64,000 nt of DNA, taken from NCBI GenBank assembly GCA_963745025.1, contig CAVUWD010000011.1, positions 352,001-416,000 on the forward strand, written 5' to 3'. The DNA is from an uncultured delta proteobacterium. Lineage in GTDB: Bacteria; Desulfobacterota; Binatia; JACPRU01. The notes beneath the pieces are model-generated. The model made no database searches. It was given only the letters and a program-made list of their open reading frames with translations, and was not told the DNA's origin. A program made the translations under genes and the position numbers. This document shows, piece by piece, positions 21,564-31,780 of the stretch. How positions within the stretch are numbered: the first letter of the stretch is position 1; every line of letters begins with the position of its first letter.

Positions 21564-22439
21564 TCACGCCAAGCGAGGCTCGACGCGGATGCGCGCGCCG
21601 TGCACCGCGGCTTCGTCGATCTCCCACCACGTCGGTTCGGCATCGCAACGCGTGAGGCCGATGCCGTTTGCGCGGAGCGCGCTCGTCGTGGCGTCGAGGT
21701 CGGTCGATTCGAGCACGAGCGAGTACATGCCTTCTCCGTGGCTGCGCAGGAACGCAGCGAGCTCCCGCCCGAAGCCCCTGCCGTCGTCGATCGGAGACGT
21801 GATCTCGATCCTGCCACCGCTCGGCGGCGCACATACGGCGACCCGCACTCCGCGCGCGCCGTCCGCGGGCTCCACCCGCGTGGGAATGCCGAGGCGGTCG
21901 CGATAGACGCTCACCGCAGCGTCGAGGTCCGCCACGGCGACGATCGCGCGGGAGATTCCCGCCAAGCGTGCCCGGCTCGCGCGCTCCGAGGCCGGCCCCA
22001 AACCCTGCTCGATCTCCCGCTCGAGATCTTCCGCCGAACCCGAGGGGTATATGCGGATCAGCACCCCGTGGGTGTTCTTCGGGTGGATGTCGCGGCCGCC
22101 TGCGTCCTGCATGAGCGGCATGACCTCGAGTCCGCGCGAGGCGAGCGCGTCGGCTTCGGCGTTCGGGTCCGGGGCATACAGCATCAGCGCGAAGAGCCCC
22201 TCGCCGCGGCGGTCGAGGAAACGGATGAGACTTCGGCTGTGGGCTCGCGCGGGATCATCGGGCGACATCAGCTCGATGTGACTCCCGCCCGTCGGAACGC
22301 AGAGCGACATGCGGATGCCGAGGGCTTCGCGAAGCCACTTGAACTCGTGGACGGGCATGCCAAGCCCGTCGCGGAAGGTGGCGATCGCGCGGTCCATGTC
22401 GCGGACGGCGATCGCGATGCGCGGCATGGCGGTGATCAT
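21564..22439 (-). CDS. Two-domain VOC/glyoxalase (methylmalonyl-CoA epimerase-like) protein
   Basis: Internal duplication IAIAVRDMD..FLDRRGEG / AIVAVADLD..FLRSHGEG; HPKNTHGVLI. Confidence 0.8.
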   Translation of the reverse strand: MITAMPRIAIAVRDMDRAIATFRDGLGMPVHEFKWLREALGIRMSLCVPTGGSHIELMSPDDPARAHSRSLIRFLDRRGEGLFALMLYAPDPNAEADALASRGLEVMPLMQDAGGRDIHPKNTHGVLIRIYPSGSAEDLEREIEQGLGPASERASRARLAGISRAIVAVADLDAAVSVYRDRLGIPTRVEPADGARGVRVAVCAPPSGGRIEITSPIDDGRGFGRELAAFLRSHGEGMYSLVLESTDLDATTSALRANGIGLTRCDAEPTWWEIDEAAVHGARIRVEPRLA

Positions 22440-22618
22440 GGAGCGACCCTGTTCCAGAACTCATTGCGCAGCACGCTCACGAGCCGCGGATGCTCGGCGC
22501 CCGACGCGACGCTCGGCGCGAGATGGATCTCCACGGCCTCGGGGGTGATTTTTCGGCTCGACTGGAATTCGAATGGAGTCATTGGCGGGCCTCGCTCGTC
22601 AACCGAATCGAGGGGAGG

Positions 22619-24413
22619 CTACGCCATCCGAGCGGTATTCCCAAGCATGCCAAGCGGGAAATGAACGCGTGCCTCTGCGTCAGGATGCCTCGTGCAGCAC
22701 GCCCTAGCCCATGTATGTTTGCGTACCATGAACGTCGGCGAAGAACAGCGCAGGAGCTCACGGACACGCCCGCTTTCTGCTATCCAAGGGCCGAGATCAA
22801 CTGTCCCACCCCCACACAAATCAGTAAGGTTGGCAAACCACGAACCGCTGCCTCTCTTACGAGAGAAGTGACCAGTGACGGCGATCGACTCATAACACTC
22901 GCCTTGGCATTCGGGGGGGGCCGTCAAGGAAAAAGCGGCAACGCAATGTTGCCAGAAGTGCCTCTCGCTTGGCGGGCTTCCGAGCCCCTTCGTCGGATCA
23001 ACACCGAAGAGGGGCGGTGGGTTCAAGTCCCCCTCCTCGCATTTCAGCTGCACCAGAACCTTCGCGGACTTAGAAGACACTTTCGCTTTTTCAGCGTGAA
23101 GGTTCCGGTCTAGGTTCCGGTTTCGACGCGACGCGACTTTCGCTTCCGCGTCGGAAACGGCTTGGTCCTGCGTGTGGCTTTGGCGCTCCAGGGCCTCGAT
23201 GATCGCCGGGTCAAGACCGCGATCCGGGATGTACTTCCCATAGTGCCGCTCGATCATCTGCAGGCTGGTGCCGTGGTACTTCGCGACGCCCCAAGGATTC
23301 GCTCCTTGGGTGAGCTGCCAAGAGATCGACGTGTCCCGCGTGCAGTAGAAGACACGCTGGCGGATCCCAAGACGGCGTAGTGTGTCGTAGAAGCCGTGGT
23401 CGACAGGCCAGTCGCGCACGTAGAGCGATTCCGACCCAGGGCCGGTGAAGAAGAAGTCGTCGGGCTTTGGGTGAAGGCGACCCGACCGGCTGTTCACGAG
23501 GACGTCGACGACATTCGGATAGAGCTTGATCAACCGCTTCGAGCCGCGCGTCTTCGGTTCGTTGTCCTCGCCCTCGTCGCGGCTCTTGTTGATCCGGACC
23601 GTGCCCTCCCTGAGGTCCACGTCCGCTTCGCGTAGAGCGGCCGTCTCCGACGGGCGGCAGCCCGTCCAGAACTGGAAGTACAGGAACGGGTACCAGTACA
23701 GCTTGTGCTGCCGATACCACTCGAGGATCCGGTCGCGCTCAACCGCTTCGAACGGATCGGGCTCGTCGCTAGCGACGACGCCCACGATCGTGTCTTCCTT
23801 CGGCCAGCGAAGGTTCGCGGGGAACGGGTCCATCGCGGGCACGCCGTGACGCTCCATCGCCTCGACGATTAGGGACCGGAAGTAGCTCGTGACGATGTTC
23901 CGGACCGTCTTCACCTTGATCGTTCGAATCGAGCGCTTGCCGGCCTCGCGATCCGTACGCCGGACACGCCTGCGCAAGAGATCGTCCTGAAGCTTCTTGA
24001 CCTTCGCTGTCGTGATCTCGGCGAGCGGCGTCTTCTTGCCGAGTATCGGCAGGATGATGTTCTGGACGTACGAGGTCGCCTTGCGCCAGTAGTTGCGACG
24101 TTCACGCTCGGCGATGTGCGTGAGCCACCACTCCGCAAACTCGCCGAGCGTGATCGGCTTCGTCTCCGCCGCAGGCTTGTCTGGCATCAGGCGAGGCGGG
24201 CAGTCGCCTAGAACGGCCAGCAACGCCGCGTGGAGCTCATCTCCGGCCTCCAAGCGCTCGGAGACGAGTACCGCTTTGGCTTCGAGTCGCCGGCGGCACT
24301 TACCGCCCTCTCCGTCGTCGCGCAGCTTCGTGCCGATCCACTCGTCGCGTCCGCGCCAGAAGATGCGGAAGGCGAGATACCCGTGGCGACTCCGGCTGAC
24401 CTGGAACGGCCAT
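22619..24413 (-). CDS. int: Tyrosine recombinase/integrase with N-terminal arm-binding domain; ORF reads through the att core
   Basis: TGCRPSE (R), KTRGS (K), YCTRDT, YHGTS, RHYGKY (Y); likely start ATG 24413 (MAVQVSRSRHGYLAFRIFW) needs a 1-nt correction. Confidence 0.88.
23019..23041 (+). repeat. Left att core, matching the T-arm/acceptor 3' end of a tRNA-Leu-like gene
   Basis: GGTTCAAGTCC T-loop plus CCTCGCA acceptor strand; no matching tRNA 5' half upstream. Confidence 0.85.
23100..23121 (+). repeat. Putative integrase arm-binding sites (AGGTTCCGGT x2)
   Basis: Direct repeat at 23100-23109 and 23112-23121; the same GTTCCGGT motif recurs in the 75-bp repeats. Confidence 0.65.
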
Positions 24414-24677
24414 CTACGCGACTCTTCTGCCTCCGGGCTGCGCCAACGGCAAGCGATCGTCGTCGCGCTCGTTGCGGTCGGTGCCTTCGAGCCATGAGAC
24501 AAGCGCAGAGTGAATCCATCGAAGACCTATGCCTCGGCGCGTGTGATAGTGAATGCCTTCGCGAAAGATCCCGAGCGCGATCTTGTTGCGGAGACTCTTC
24601 GGCGAGAGCCTCAGGAACTCTCCCGCCTCTCTCGTGGTCATGTACTCGCTGGGATGCTGGAGCGTCGAAGATCGCAT
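24414..24677 (-). CDS. Excisionase-like HTH protein (start uncertain; the ATG at 24702 has an RBS but is out of frame)
   Basis: YMTTREAGEFLRLSPKSLRNKIALG..FREGIHY; stop abuts the integrase start. Confidence 0.78.
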   Translation of the reverse strand: MRSSTLQHPSEYMTTREAGEFLRLSPKSLRNKIALGIFREGIHYHTRRGIGLRWIHSALVSWLEGTDRNERDDDRLPLAQPGGRRVA

Positions 24678-25043
24678 CGGTCGTCCTCTCGACCCTTCCC
24701 ATCGCGACCTCCTCACTCCCCTCGGGTCTTGCCATCGACAGCAGAGGATCGTGTGCGCGTATCGCGAGTCGATTTCCAGAGGGGAAATCGAATTCGCGAA
24801 ACACGGTGTTTCAAGCGTCGCTCTAAAGTTTGCCGCCGGTCAGAGGGAGGGAGAATATGGTAACGTGATCGACGCGATGACCGACCAATCCAAGATTCGG
24901 CGATTCTGCAGGAACCGACGTGGAACCTGGAGCCGGCGCTTTCGAGCACTCGCCGGGTGCGCCGCCGACTTCCCGTATCCCGGTGACCTTTCGCTCGCTT
25001 TACGCGGTACCAAGAACCGCGGTGAGCTGCTATTAGGGCCGTG

Positions 25044-25256
25044 ATGGATCTACCGGTCGTACTGCGCGCTGGTGAGGATGGCTTCCTTGTCGCGGAGTGC
25101 CCTGCGATCCCCGGATGCATCAGCCAGGGTCGTACCCGCGAAGAGGCGCTCGCAAACATCCGCGAAGCGATCGAGCTCTGTCTCGAGAACCGATCCGAAG
25201 AGGGCTGGCAGCTTCCCATCGAGTACGAGATCGTCCGCGTCGCGGTCGGCGGCTGA
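25044..25256 (+). CDS. hicB: HicB-family antitoxin (short form, no DNA-binding domain)
   Basis: ECPAIPGCISQGRTREEALANIREAIEL. Confidence 0.9.
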   Translation: MDLPVVLRAGEDGFLVAECPAIPGCISQGRTREEALANIREAIELCLENRSEEGWQLPIEYEIVRVAVGG

Positions 25257-25387
25257 GGCCCCGCTGGCGGCCCGTTCCGTTACGATTTACAGTCGCCGTC
25301 CTCGCTCCTGCGCACCTCCGAAACATGGCGATTTGGAGCTGGGTAGAGAATGGTCCTGTGACGTCGATGGACTCGTAGAGGTGTGCG

Positions 25388-25609
25388 GTGGCAGCTCTTC
25401 CGGCGATCTCAGGCAAGCAATGCGTGGCGGCGCTCGCGAAGCTCGGATACCGTCAGGCACGCCAGCGCGGGAGCCACGTGCGGCTCGTCTGTGAGGGTCG
25501 GACTCCCGTCACGGTTCCCCTGCATGACACGGTCGATCGCGGCACGCTGCGCAGCATTCTGAGGGTCACCGACATCTCGGTCGACGACTTCATCACGCTC
25601 CTCAAGTGA
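25388..25609 (+). CDS. hicA: HicA-family mRNA interferase toxin
   Basis: LGYRQARQRGSHVRL, VTVPLH, GTLRSIL. Confidence 0.9.
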   Translation: MAALPAISGKQCVAALAKLGYRQARQRGSHVRLVCEGRTPVTVPLHDTVDRGTLRSILRVTDISVDDFITLLK

Positions 25610-26444
25610 GGAGCCATCGGGTCGCAAAGGCGATCCGAGAAAGCGCGAGCTCAGGTCCAAAGCATGTCAGACGCGACTCGCAACAAAATCTGTCTAGCCG
25701 ACAAATTTTACTTTCTCTTCCGACCAGTTCGCTCCAGTTGTCTGCCGTGCTTTATCTTGCATTACGCACGACACATTCGTCTGAAGTTTTCCCAGCCGAA
25801 TCATCGACCTTCTCCACGGTCGACCGGGGCGGAAGCTCGAGGCTCGCTACGCGTCGACTCGGAAACTTTTCTCGAAGATTTTCCAGGCGATCGCGGCGCC
25901 GAGACGGCCCAACCTTCGATACTTCCTTCGCTGAACCATCGGGATTGCCATCGGCCGCTCGCAGATGAAGCTCGCGACTCAACGCGCGAGGACTTGGAAC
26001 GTTCATCGGCGCTTTTCTAACTGCGTCGTTGGGTCAGAACGTGAACGCTCCAACCGGTGTCGGACTGATGATCGGTGTGCGGCTCACTGACGCCGGCAGC
26101 GCTGTCGTATGCGCAACCAGCGATTGTCGGCGCTCAACTTCACCACTCTGCCATCGACAACACGAACCCTGGTGAAACCTGCGGGTCGAAGGTCTCTGCC
26201 GCGTGAGGGAACCTCATCTTCGGCAGAACGTCGAAGGGTATAATCAGCTGTGAGTGTCGAAATAGACGTAGCTCGTGACTCCAGATCGATGGGCCGGCCC
26301 GCACATGGTCGGCATCGTGACATCGACGATGCCGGGCTCCGGGGCGAGCTCGCAGAAGAGCGACGTTCCCCACCGTGAGCACGAGCGTCGATTCCCGGTC
26401 GTCGAGCCGTCCTCGTCCCGGGCTTGCAGACGCCGGTCGAGTAG

Positions 26445-27032
26445 TCAGCGCGCGCCGAGGCCGAACCGCGCCTTCACGTTCGCGCGGGAGTTTCGGAGAA
26501 TCGCCTCTGCCCGCTCGTCGGAGACAGTCCGCGACAGGGCGAGAGCGCCCGCCATCTCGGCGATCGCCGACCAGGCGAGCGCCTCGGCGTCTCTCGCACC
26601 GACCTTCTTGGCGAGCTTCGCAAGACTCGAGACGGAGCGCTCGAGGCCGTCGGCGAAGCGCTCGCGGGCGCGGTCGGACAAGTTCGGCAGATCGCCCGAC
26701 ACGATCGCGACCGGGCAGCCGGCCGCGCGGTCGAGACGATGCGACGGCGCGAGATAGGTATCGACCCACCTCGCGATAGCCTCCGCGGGCTCGCGGCCCT
26801 CCGTGACGCTCAGGAACCGGCCATACACGGCGTCGAACATGTGCGTGATCGCCTGCGCGATCAGGTCGTCCTTCGATTCGAAGTGCGCGTAGAACCCGCC
26901 GTGCGTGAGCCCGGCGGCGGCCATGACATCGGCGACGCTGACGCGCTCGGCGCCCTTGGTCCGGATCGCCGCGGCGGCTTCACCGAGCACGCGGAGCCGG
27001 GTCCGCTCTTTGTGATTCTCGCCGTAGCGCAT
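26445..27032 (-). CDS. TetR-family regulator
   Basis: MRYGENHKERTR, VADVMAAAGLTHGGFYAHFESKDDL, GCP. Confidence 0.92.
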   Translation of the reverse strand: MRYGENHKERTRLRVLGEAAAAIRTKGAERVSVADVMAAAGLTHGGFYAHFESKDDLIAQAITHMFDAVYGRFLSVTEGREPAEAIARWVDTYLAPSHRLDRAAGCPVAIVSGDLPNLSDRARERFADGLERSVSSLAKLAKKVGARDAEALAWSAIAEMAGALALSRTVSDERAEAILRNSRANVKARFGLGAR

Positions 27033-27037
27033 GACTC

Positions 27038-27120
27038 AAGATGCTACTGATAATCTTGTATTTTGTCAATTTGAGCGAATTTCAATCGGACCCTAGTTGT
27101 CTTAAGATGATGAATATCAT
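27038..27120. promoter_or_regulatory. Divergent promoter/operators of the tetR and efflux operon
   Basis: Minus-strand TTGACA (27064-27069)-17 bp-TAGCAT (27041-27046); dyads AAGAT..ATCTT (27038-27057) and ATGAT-N4-ATCAT (27107-27120). Confidence 0.7.
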
Positions 27121-27135
27121 ATACAGGATATCGCC

Positions 27136-28607
27136 ATGGATAGTCGCTCGACCGCTGCCGACGTCCCGGTCGCGCCGCGCGCGTGGGCCGGTCTCGCCGT
27201 CGTGGCCGCAGCTGCGTTCGTGGTCAGCCTCGATACGATGGTGCTCTACGTCGCCTTCGGCGACATCCGCCGCGATTTTCCCGACGTAGCGGCCGCCTCG
27301 CTGTCGTGGATCCTCTCCGGGTACACGATCGTCATCGCCGCCGGCATGATCGGCGCCGGGCGATGGGCCGACCGGCTTGGGAGGCGTCGCGTCTTCCTGG
27401 TGGGCATGGCGCTCTTCACCGCCGCTTCGGCGATCTGCGCCGCCGCGCCAGGCGTCGGTCTGCTGGTCGCCGGCCGGGTGCTGCAGGGAATGGGCGCCGC
27501 GGCGCTCACCCCGGCGTCTCTCGCGCTCATACTGCATGCGTTCCCGAGGTCTCGCGTGCCGCAAGCGATCGCGCTCTGGGGCGCCGCCGGCGCGCTCGCT
27601 GCCGCTCTTGGTCCTACGATCGGCGGGCTCTTCGTCGAAGCCTGGGGCTGGCGCTCGGTCTTCGTCGTCAACGTTCCTATCGGCATCGCGACGGCGATCC
27701 TCGGACCACGCCTCCTCGACGAATCGCGCGAGGCGAAAGGCTCGTCGTTTGCCCGATCTCGTCGGCACCGCGGCCGTCACGATCGCCGTCGTCCTCCTCG
27801 CGCTCGGGATCGTTCAGTCCGACGAATGGGGATGGCGGGACCTGCGGACCGTCGGCGCGCTCGCCGGCGGTCTCGCGCTGGTCGGCGCATTCGTCGCGCG
27901 GTGCGCCACCGTGCCGAATCCGGTGTTCGCGCTCGAGCTCTTCTCCGAGCGCGGCTTTCGCTGGGCGAACCTCGCCCAGCTTCTCTACGGCACCGGATTC
28001 ACGATCATGTTCTTCGGAAATGTGCAGTTTCTGGGCGACGTCTGGCGCTACTCGCCGGTTCGAACCGGGCTCGCGATGGCGCCAGGGCCCGCTCGTCGTC
28101 TTCCTGCTCGCGCCCCGCTTCGGCAAGCTCGCCGGGCGGATCGGGCACCGCGCCATCCTGATCCCGGGAGGCCTGGTCTACGCGGCGGCGGCGGTGATGC
28201 TGCTCTCGCGAGCCGGCGCGGCGCCCGACTACCTCGGCGTGTGGTTGCCCGCCGTCCTCTGGGCGGGCGTCGGAGTGGCGATGATCGTGCCGCTCCTCAC
28301 TTCCGCCGCCGTCGCGGGTCTGCCCGCCGACCGCTTCGCGACCGGCTCCGCCGTGAATGCCGCGCTCCGCAACATCGGCCAGACGCTCGGCGTCTCGATC
28401 TTCGTCGCGTTCGTCGGCGGATCGGCGCACGCGAATCTTCTCGCGCATCACCGTCTCGCGTGGTGGCTCGTCGCCGCGGCCGGCATCGGCGTGACGGCGA
28501 TCTCGTGGTGTCTGCCCACGCCGGCCGCGGGGCTCGTGCGATCGCAAGTGGCTGGTCGGTGGACGTCCGCGTCCGCATTCCGCTCGGCGATGCGCGTCGA
28601 CGGGTAA
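27136..28607 (+). CDS. DHA2-type MFS efflux transporter (frameshifts near 27750 and 28085)
   Basis: GRWADRLGRRRVF, GRVLQGMGAA, LGPTIGG, WRSVFVVNVPIG; TM segments continue across three frames. Confidence 0.82.
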
Positions 28608-28621
28608 AGCCGAAGGAGAAG

Positions 28622-29074
28622 ATGATGAGTCACGGCCGCGCGATTTCGGCGGAACCGACGAGCGACCTTCTCTACCTAGATGACCTTCGGGTAGGGCGCT
28701 TGCGTTCCGGGACGCATACCGTTACCGCCGACGAGATCCAGATCTTCGCGTACGAGTTCGACCCTCAGCCGTTTCATCTCAACGAGCGTGCGGCGCGCGA
28801 CAGCGTGTTCGGCGGGCTCGTGGCGAGCGGCTGGCACACGGCGGCGCTCACGATGAAGCTGCTCGTGACGGGCAGGCCGCTGATCGCCGGTGGCATGGTC
28901 GGCCGCGGTGGAGAGCTCGAGCGGCTTCGGCCGACGCGACCGGGCGATGCGCTGCGCGTCGAGAGCGTCGTCACGGCCGTCACCGCGTCCAGTTCCAAGC
29001 CCGACCGGGGCACGGTGACGTTCGACGTTCGGACGCTGAACGACAAAGACGAGGTCGTGCAGGCGGCGAGATGA
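28622..29074 (+). CDS. MaoC-family dehydratase (C-terminus uncertain)
   Basis: FAYEFDPQPFHL, GLVASGWHTAA, PTRPGDAL. Confidence 0.85.
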   Translation: MMSHGRAISAEPTSDLLYLDDLRVGRLRSGTHTVTADEIQIFAYEFDPQPFHLNERAARDSVFGGLVASGWHTAALTMKLLVTGRPLIAGGMVGRGGELERLRPTRPGDALRVESVVTAVTASSSKPDRGTVTFDVRTLNDKDEVVQAAR

Positions 29075-30605
29075 AGCTCATCGTGCCGAGACGGCCGACG
29101 ACCGTGAGGAGCAGGGCCGCTGCCCGAAACTCGATCGCCCGAACCACCATCGCGGTGCTCGGTATACTTCACGCGCTGACTCTCGCGAGCTGCGCCGTGG
29201 GGCCGGATTATCGTCCCGCCCCGATGGCGGTCGGCGGATTTCACAACGCGTCCGCCGTCGCGGCGAGGAGCGCAGCGGCGCCCTTGCCCCCGCTCGATCG
29301 CTGGTGGACCGGCTTCAGCGATCCGCTGCTGACGAGGATCGTCGAGCGAGCTCTCGAGCAGAATCTGGATCTCGCCGCGGCGCTCGCACGGGTCGATCAG
29401 GCGCGGGCGGCGGCGCGTGGCGCCGGCGCGGCGCTTCTCCCGACCGCGGACGCCACCAGCCAGGCCTTGAAGGCTCGCCTGTCCCTCGAGGGTGTGATCG
29501 GCTCGATCGGCAGGCATCTGCCGGGCTTCGATCGGAACGTCTCGCTCTACGACGTCGGCGTCGGTGCGAGCTGGGAAATCGATCTCTTCGGAGGGCTCCG
29601 ACGTGCCGCGGAAGCGGCGAACGCGGAAGCGGAAGCGGCCGAGGCAGCCGGAGCCGGCAGTCGGATCACGGTCGCGGCCGACGCGGCAGACGCGTACTTC
29701 TTGATCCGGGGCTTCCAGGCGCGCCTCGCGTTCGCTCGCGAGCAGGTCGCGACCGACGAGCGCCTGCTCGAGCTCGTCCGCCTCCGTTTCGCCCGTGACG
29801 TCGCGAGCGATCGCGAGGTCGCGCAGAGCGAGGCGTTGCTCGCGCAGGCGCGGAGCACCGTTCCGCTGCTCCTCTCCGGCCTCGAAGCCAGCTCAACCGG
29901 CTCGACGTTCTGATGGGCGATCAGCCGGGTACTCACGCGGCCGAGCTCGCGCGCGAGGCTGCGATCCCGGCGATCCCGACGATTCCTCACGGTGACGAAC
30001 CGGTCGACGTTCTGCGGCGCCGGCCGGACGTGATCGCCGCGGAGCGGCGGCTTGCGGCGTCCAACGCCAGAATCGGCGCCGCGCTCGGCGAATACTATCC
30101 GAAGCTCTCGATCGCCGGTCTCCTCGGCTTCGAAAGTACCGACGTCGATCACCTCTTCCGGTCGGCGACGTTTCAGCCGCAAGGCATCGCGGGGCTCCGT
30201 TGGCGGCTCTTCGACTTCGGCAAGATCGACGCCGAGGTCCGCGGAGCGCGCGGAGCCGAGGCCGAAGCACTGGCCGGCTTTCGACAGTCGATCCTCCGCG
30301 CGGCCGAAGACGTCGAGAACGCGTTCATGGCGCTCGTTCAATCCGAGGCCCGAACGCGCGAGCTCGTGAACGAGGTGGCAGCTCTCGGGCGAGCGCGCGA
30401 CACCGCGGAAGCCGCGTATCGAGGAGGAATCATCACCCTGACGGACGTCCTGGACGCGGACCGTCTCCTCCTTGTCGCTCAGGACGAGCTGGCGAAGACT
30501 CGCGCCGACACGGCGAGAGCCGCGGTCGCGTCGTTCCGGGCCCTCGGCGGCGGGTGGTCGGGATCGGCAGGCGTCGCGGCTGCCGCCGCGAAGGTTCACG
30601 TATGA
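29071..30605 (+). CDS. Efflux outer-membrane lipoprotein (NodT/OprM family; frameshift near 29890)
   Basis: LASC lipobox followed by AVGPDY, SWEIDLFG, RRRPDVIAAE, ALGGGW. Confidence 0.88.
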
Positions 30606-30655
30606 AGGTTTCATTCACGACACACGTCGCCGTTTCACGGCGCACGGAGGTCCCG

Positions 30656-31780
30656 ATGCTTCAGCGCCGTCATGCCTCGTTCTTCACCATCGTCGGTCTG
30701 CTGCCCTTCGCCTTGGCCGCATGCACGCACGCCGATTCTTCGAGACGATCCGCGGACGCAGAGTCCCCTCGTACGGGTCGCGACGGTCGAGGCCGCAGTC
30801 CAGACGGACCGTTCGTTCACGGGAATCGTCGCGGCGCGGGTGCAAAGCGACCTCGGCTTCCGCGTGTCGGGAAAGGTCCTGGAGCGTCTGGTCGATAACG
30901 GGCAGGCCGTCAAGAACGGCCAGCCGCTCATGCGGATCGATCCCGCAGATTTGAGACTCGCCGCGCGCGCACACGAGGAGGCGGTTGCCGCGGCCACGGC
31001 GCGCGCACGCCAGACGGCGGATGATGAGGCACGCTACCGCGGTCTCGTCTCCGCAGGAGCGGTGTCCCGATCGGCCTACGACCAGAGTCAAGGCCGCCGC
31101 CGAGTCGGCCAGAGCGGAGCTCAACGCTGCCAAGGCCCGCGCCGATGTCGCCCGAAACGAAACGAGCTACGCCGTGCTGCTCGCCGATGCCGACGGCGTG
31201 GTGGTCGAGACGCTGGCCGAGCCGGGGCAGGTCGTCGCCGCGGGCCAAGTCGTCATCCGCGTGGCGCATGCAGGGCAACGAGAAGCGGTCATCGATCTTC
31301 CCGAAACACTGCGCCCGGCGATCGGATCGACCGGCCGGGCGACGTTGTATGGGACCAATCTGACGGGCCCTGCGACGCTTCGCCAGTTGTCGGACGCCGC
31401 GAATCGTCAGTCGCGGACGTTCGAGGCACGGTATGTACTGGAGGACGGTCTGGCAGACGCGCCGCTCGGCTCGACCGTCTCGATCCAAATCGCGGCCGGC
31501 GGGTTCCGCGCGGACTCTCGAGCTCCCGATCGGCGCGATCTTCGATGCGGGCAAGGGTCCCGGTGTATGGCGTGTCGAAGGCGAAACGCCTCGGGTCAGT
31601 TGGCGTGCCGTCGAAGTCGCCGCACTCGGCGACGAAACGGCCGCGGTCGTTGGACCGCTCGAACCGGGGGATCGTATCGTCGCGCTCGGCGCGCATCTGC
31701 TGCACGAAGGCGAATCCGTGCGACTCGCTGACGGTGTCGTCGCGCAACAAGCAGAGATCGGCGGCCGGGGGCGGCCATGA
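30656..31780 (+). CDS. RND periplasmic adaptor subunit (frameshifts near 30745, 31088, 31515)
   Basis: LAAC lipobox, LGFRVSGKVLERLVDNG, LLADADGVV, SRTFEARY, LGAHLLHEG. Confidence 0.82.

Noticed and set aside
22950-23045. Complete tRNA-Leu gene
   Set aside because: Only the T-arm and 3' acceptor strand are present; no complementary 5' GCGAGG, D-arm or CCA (same at 42156)
27377-29074. MFS-MaoC fusion
   Set aside because: Results from MFS frameshifts; MaoC has its own AAGGAG RBS and ATG at 28622
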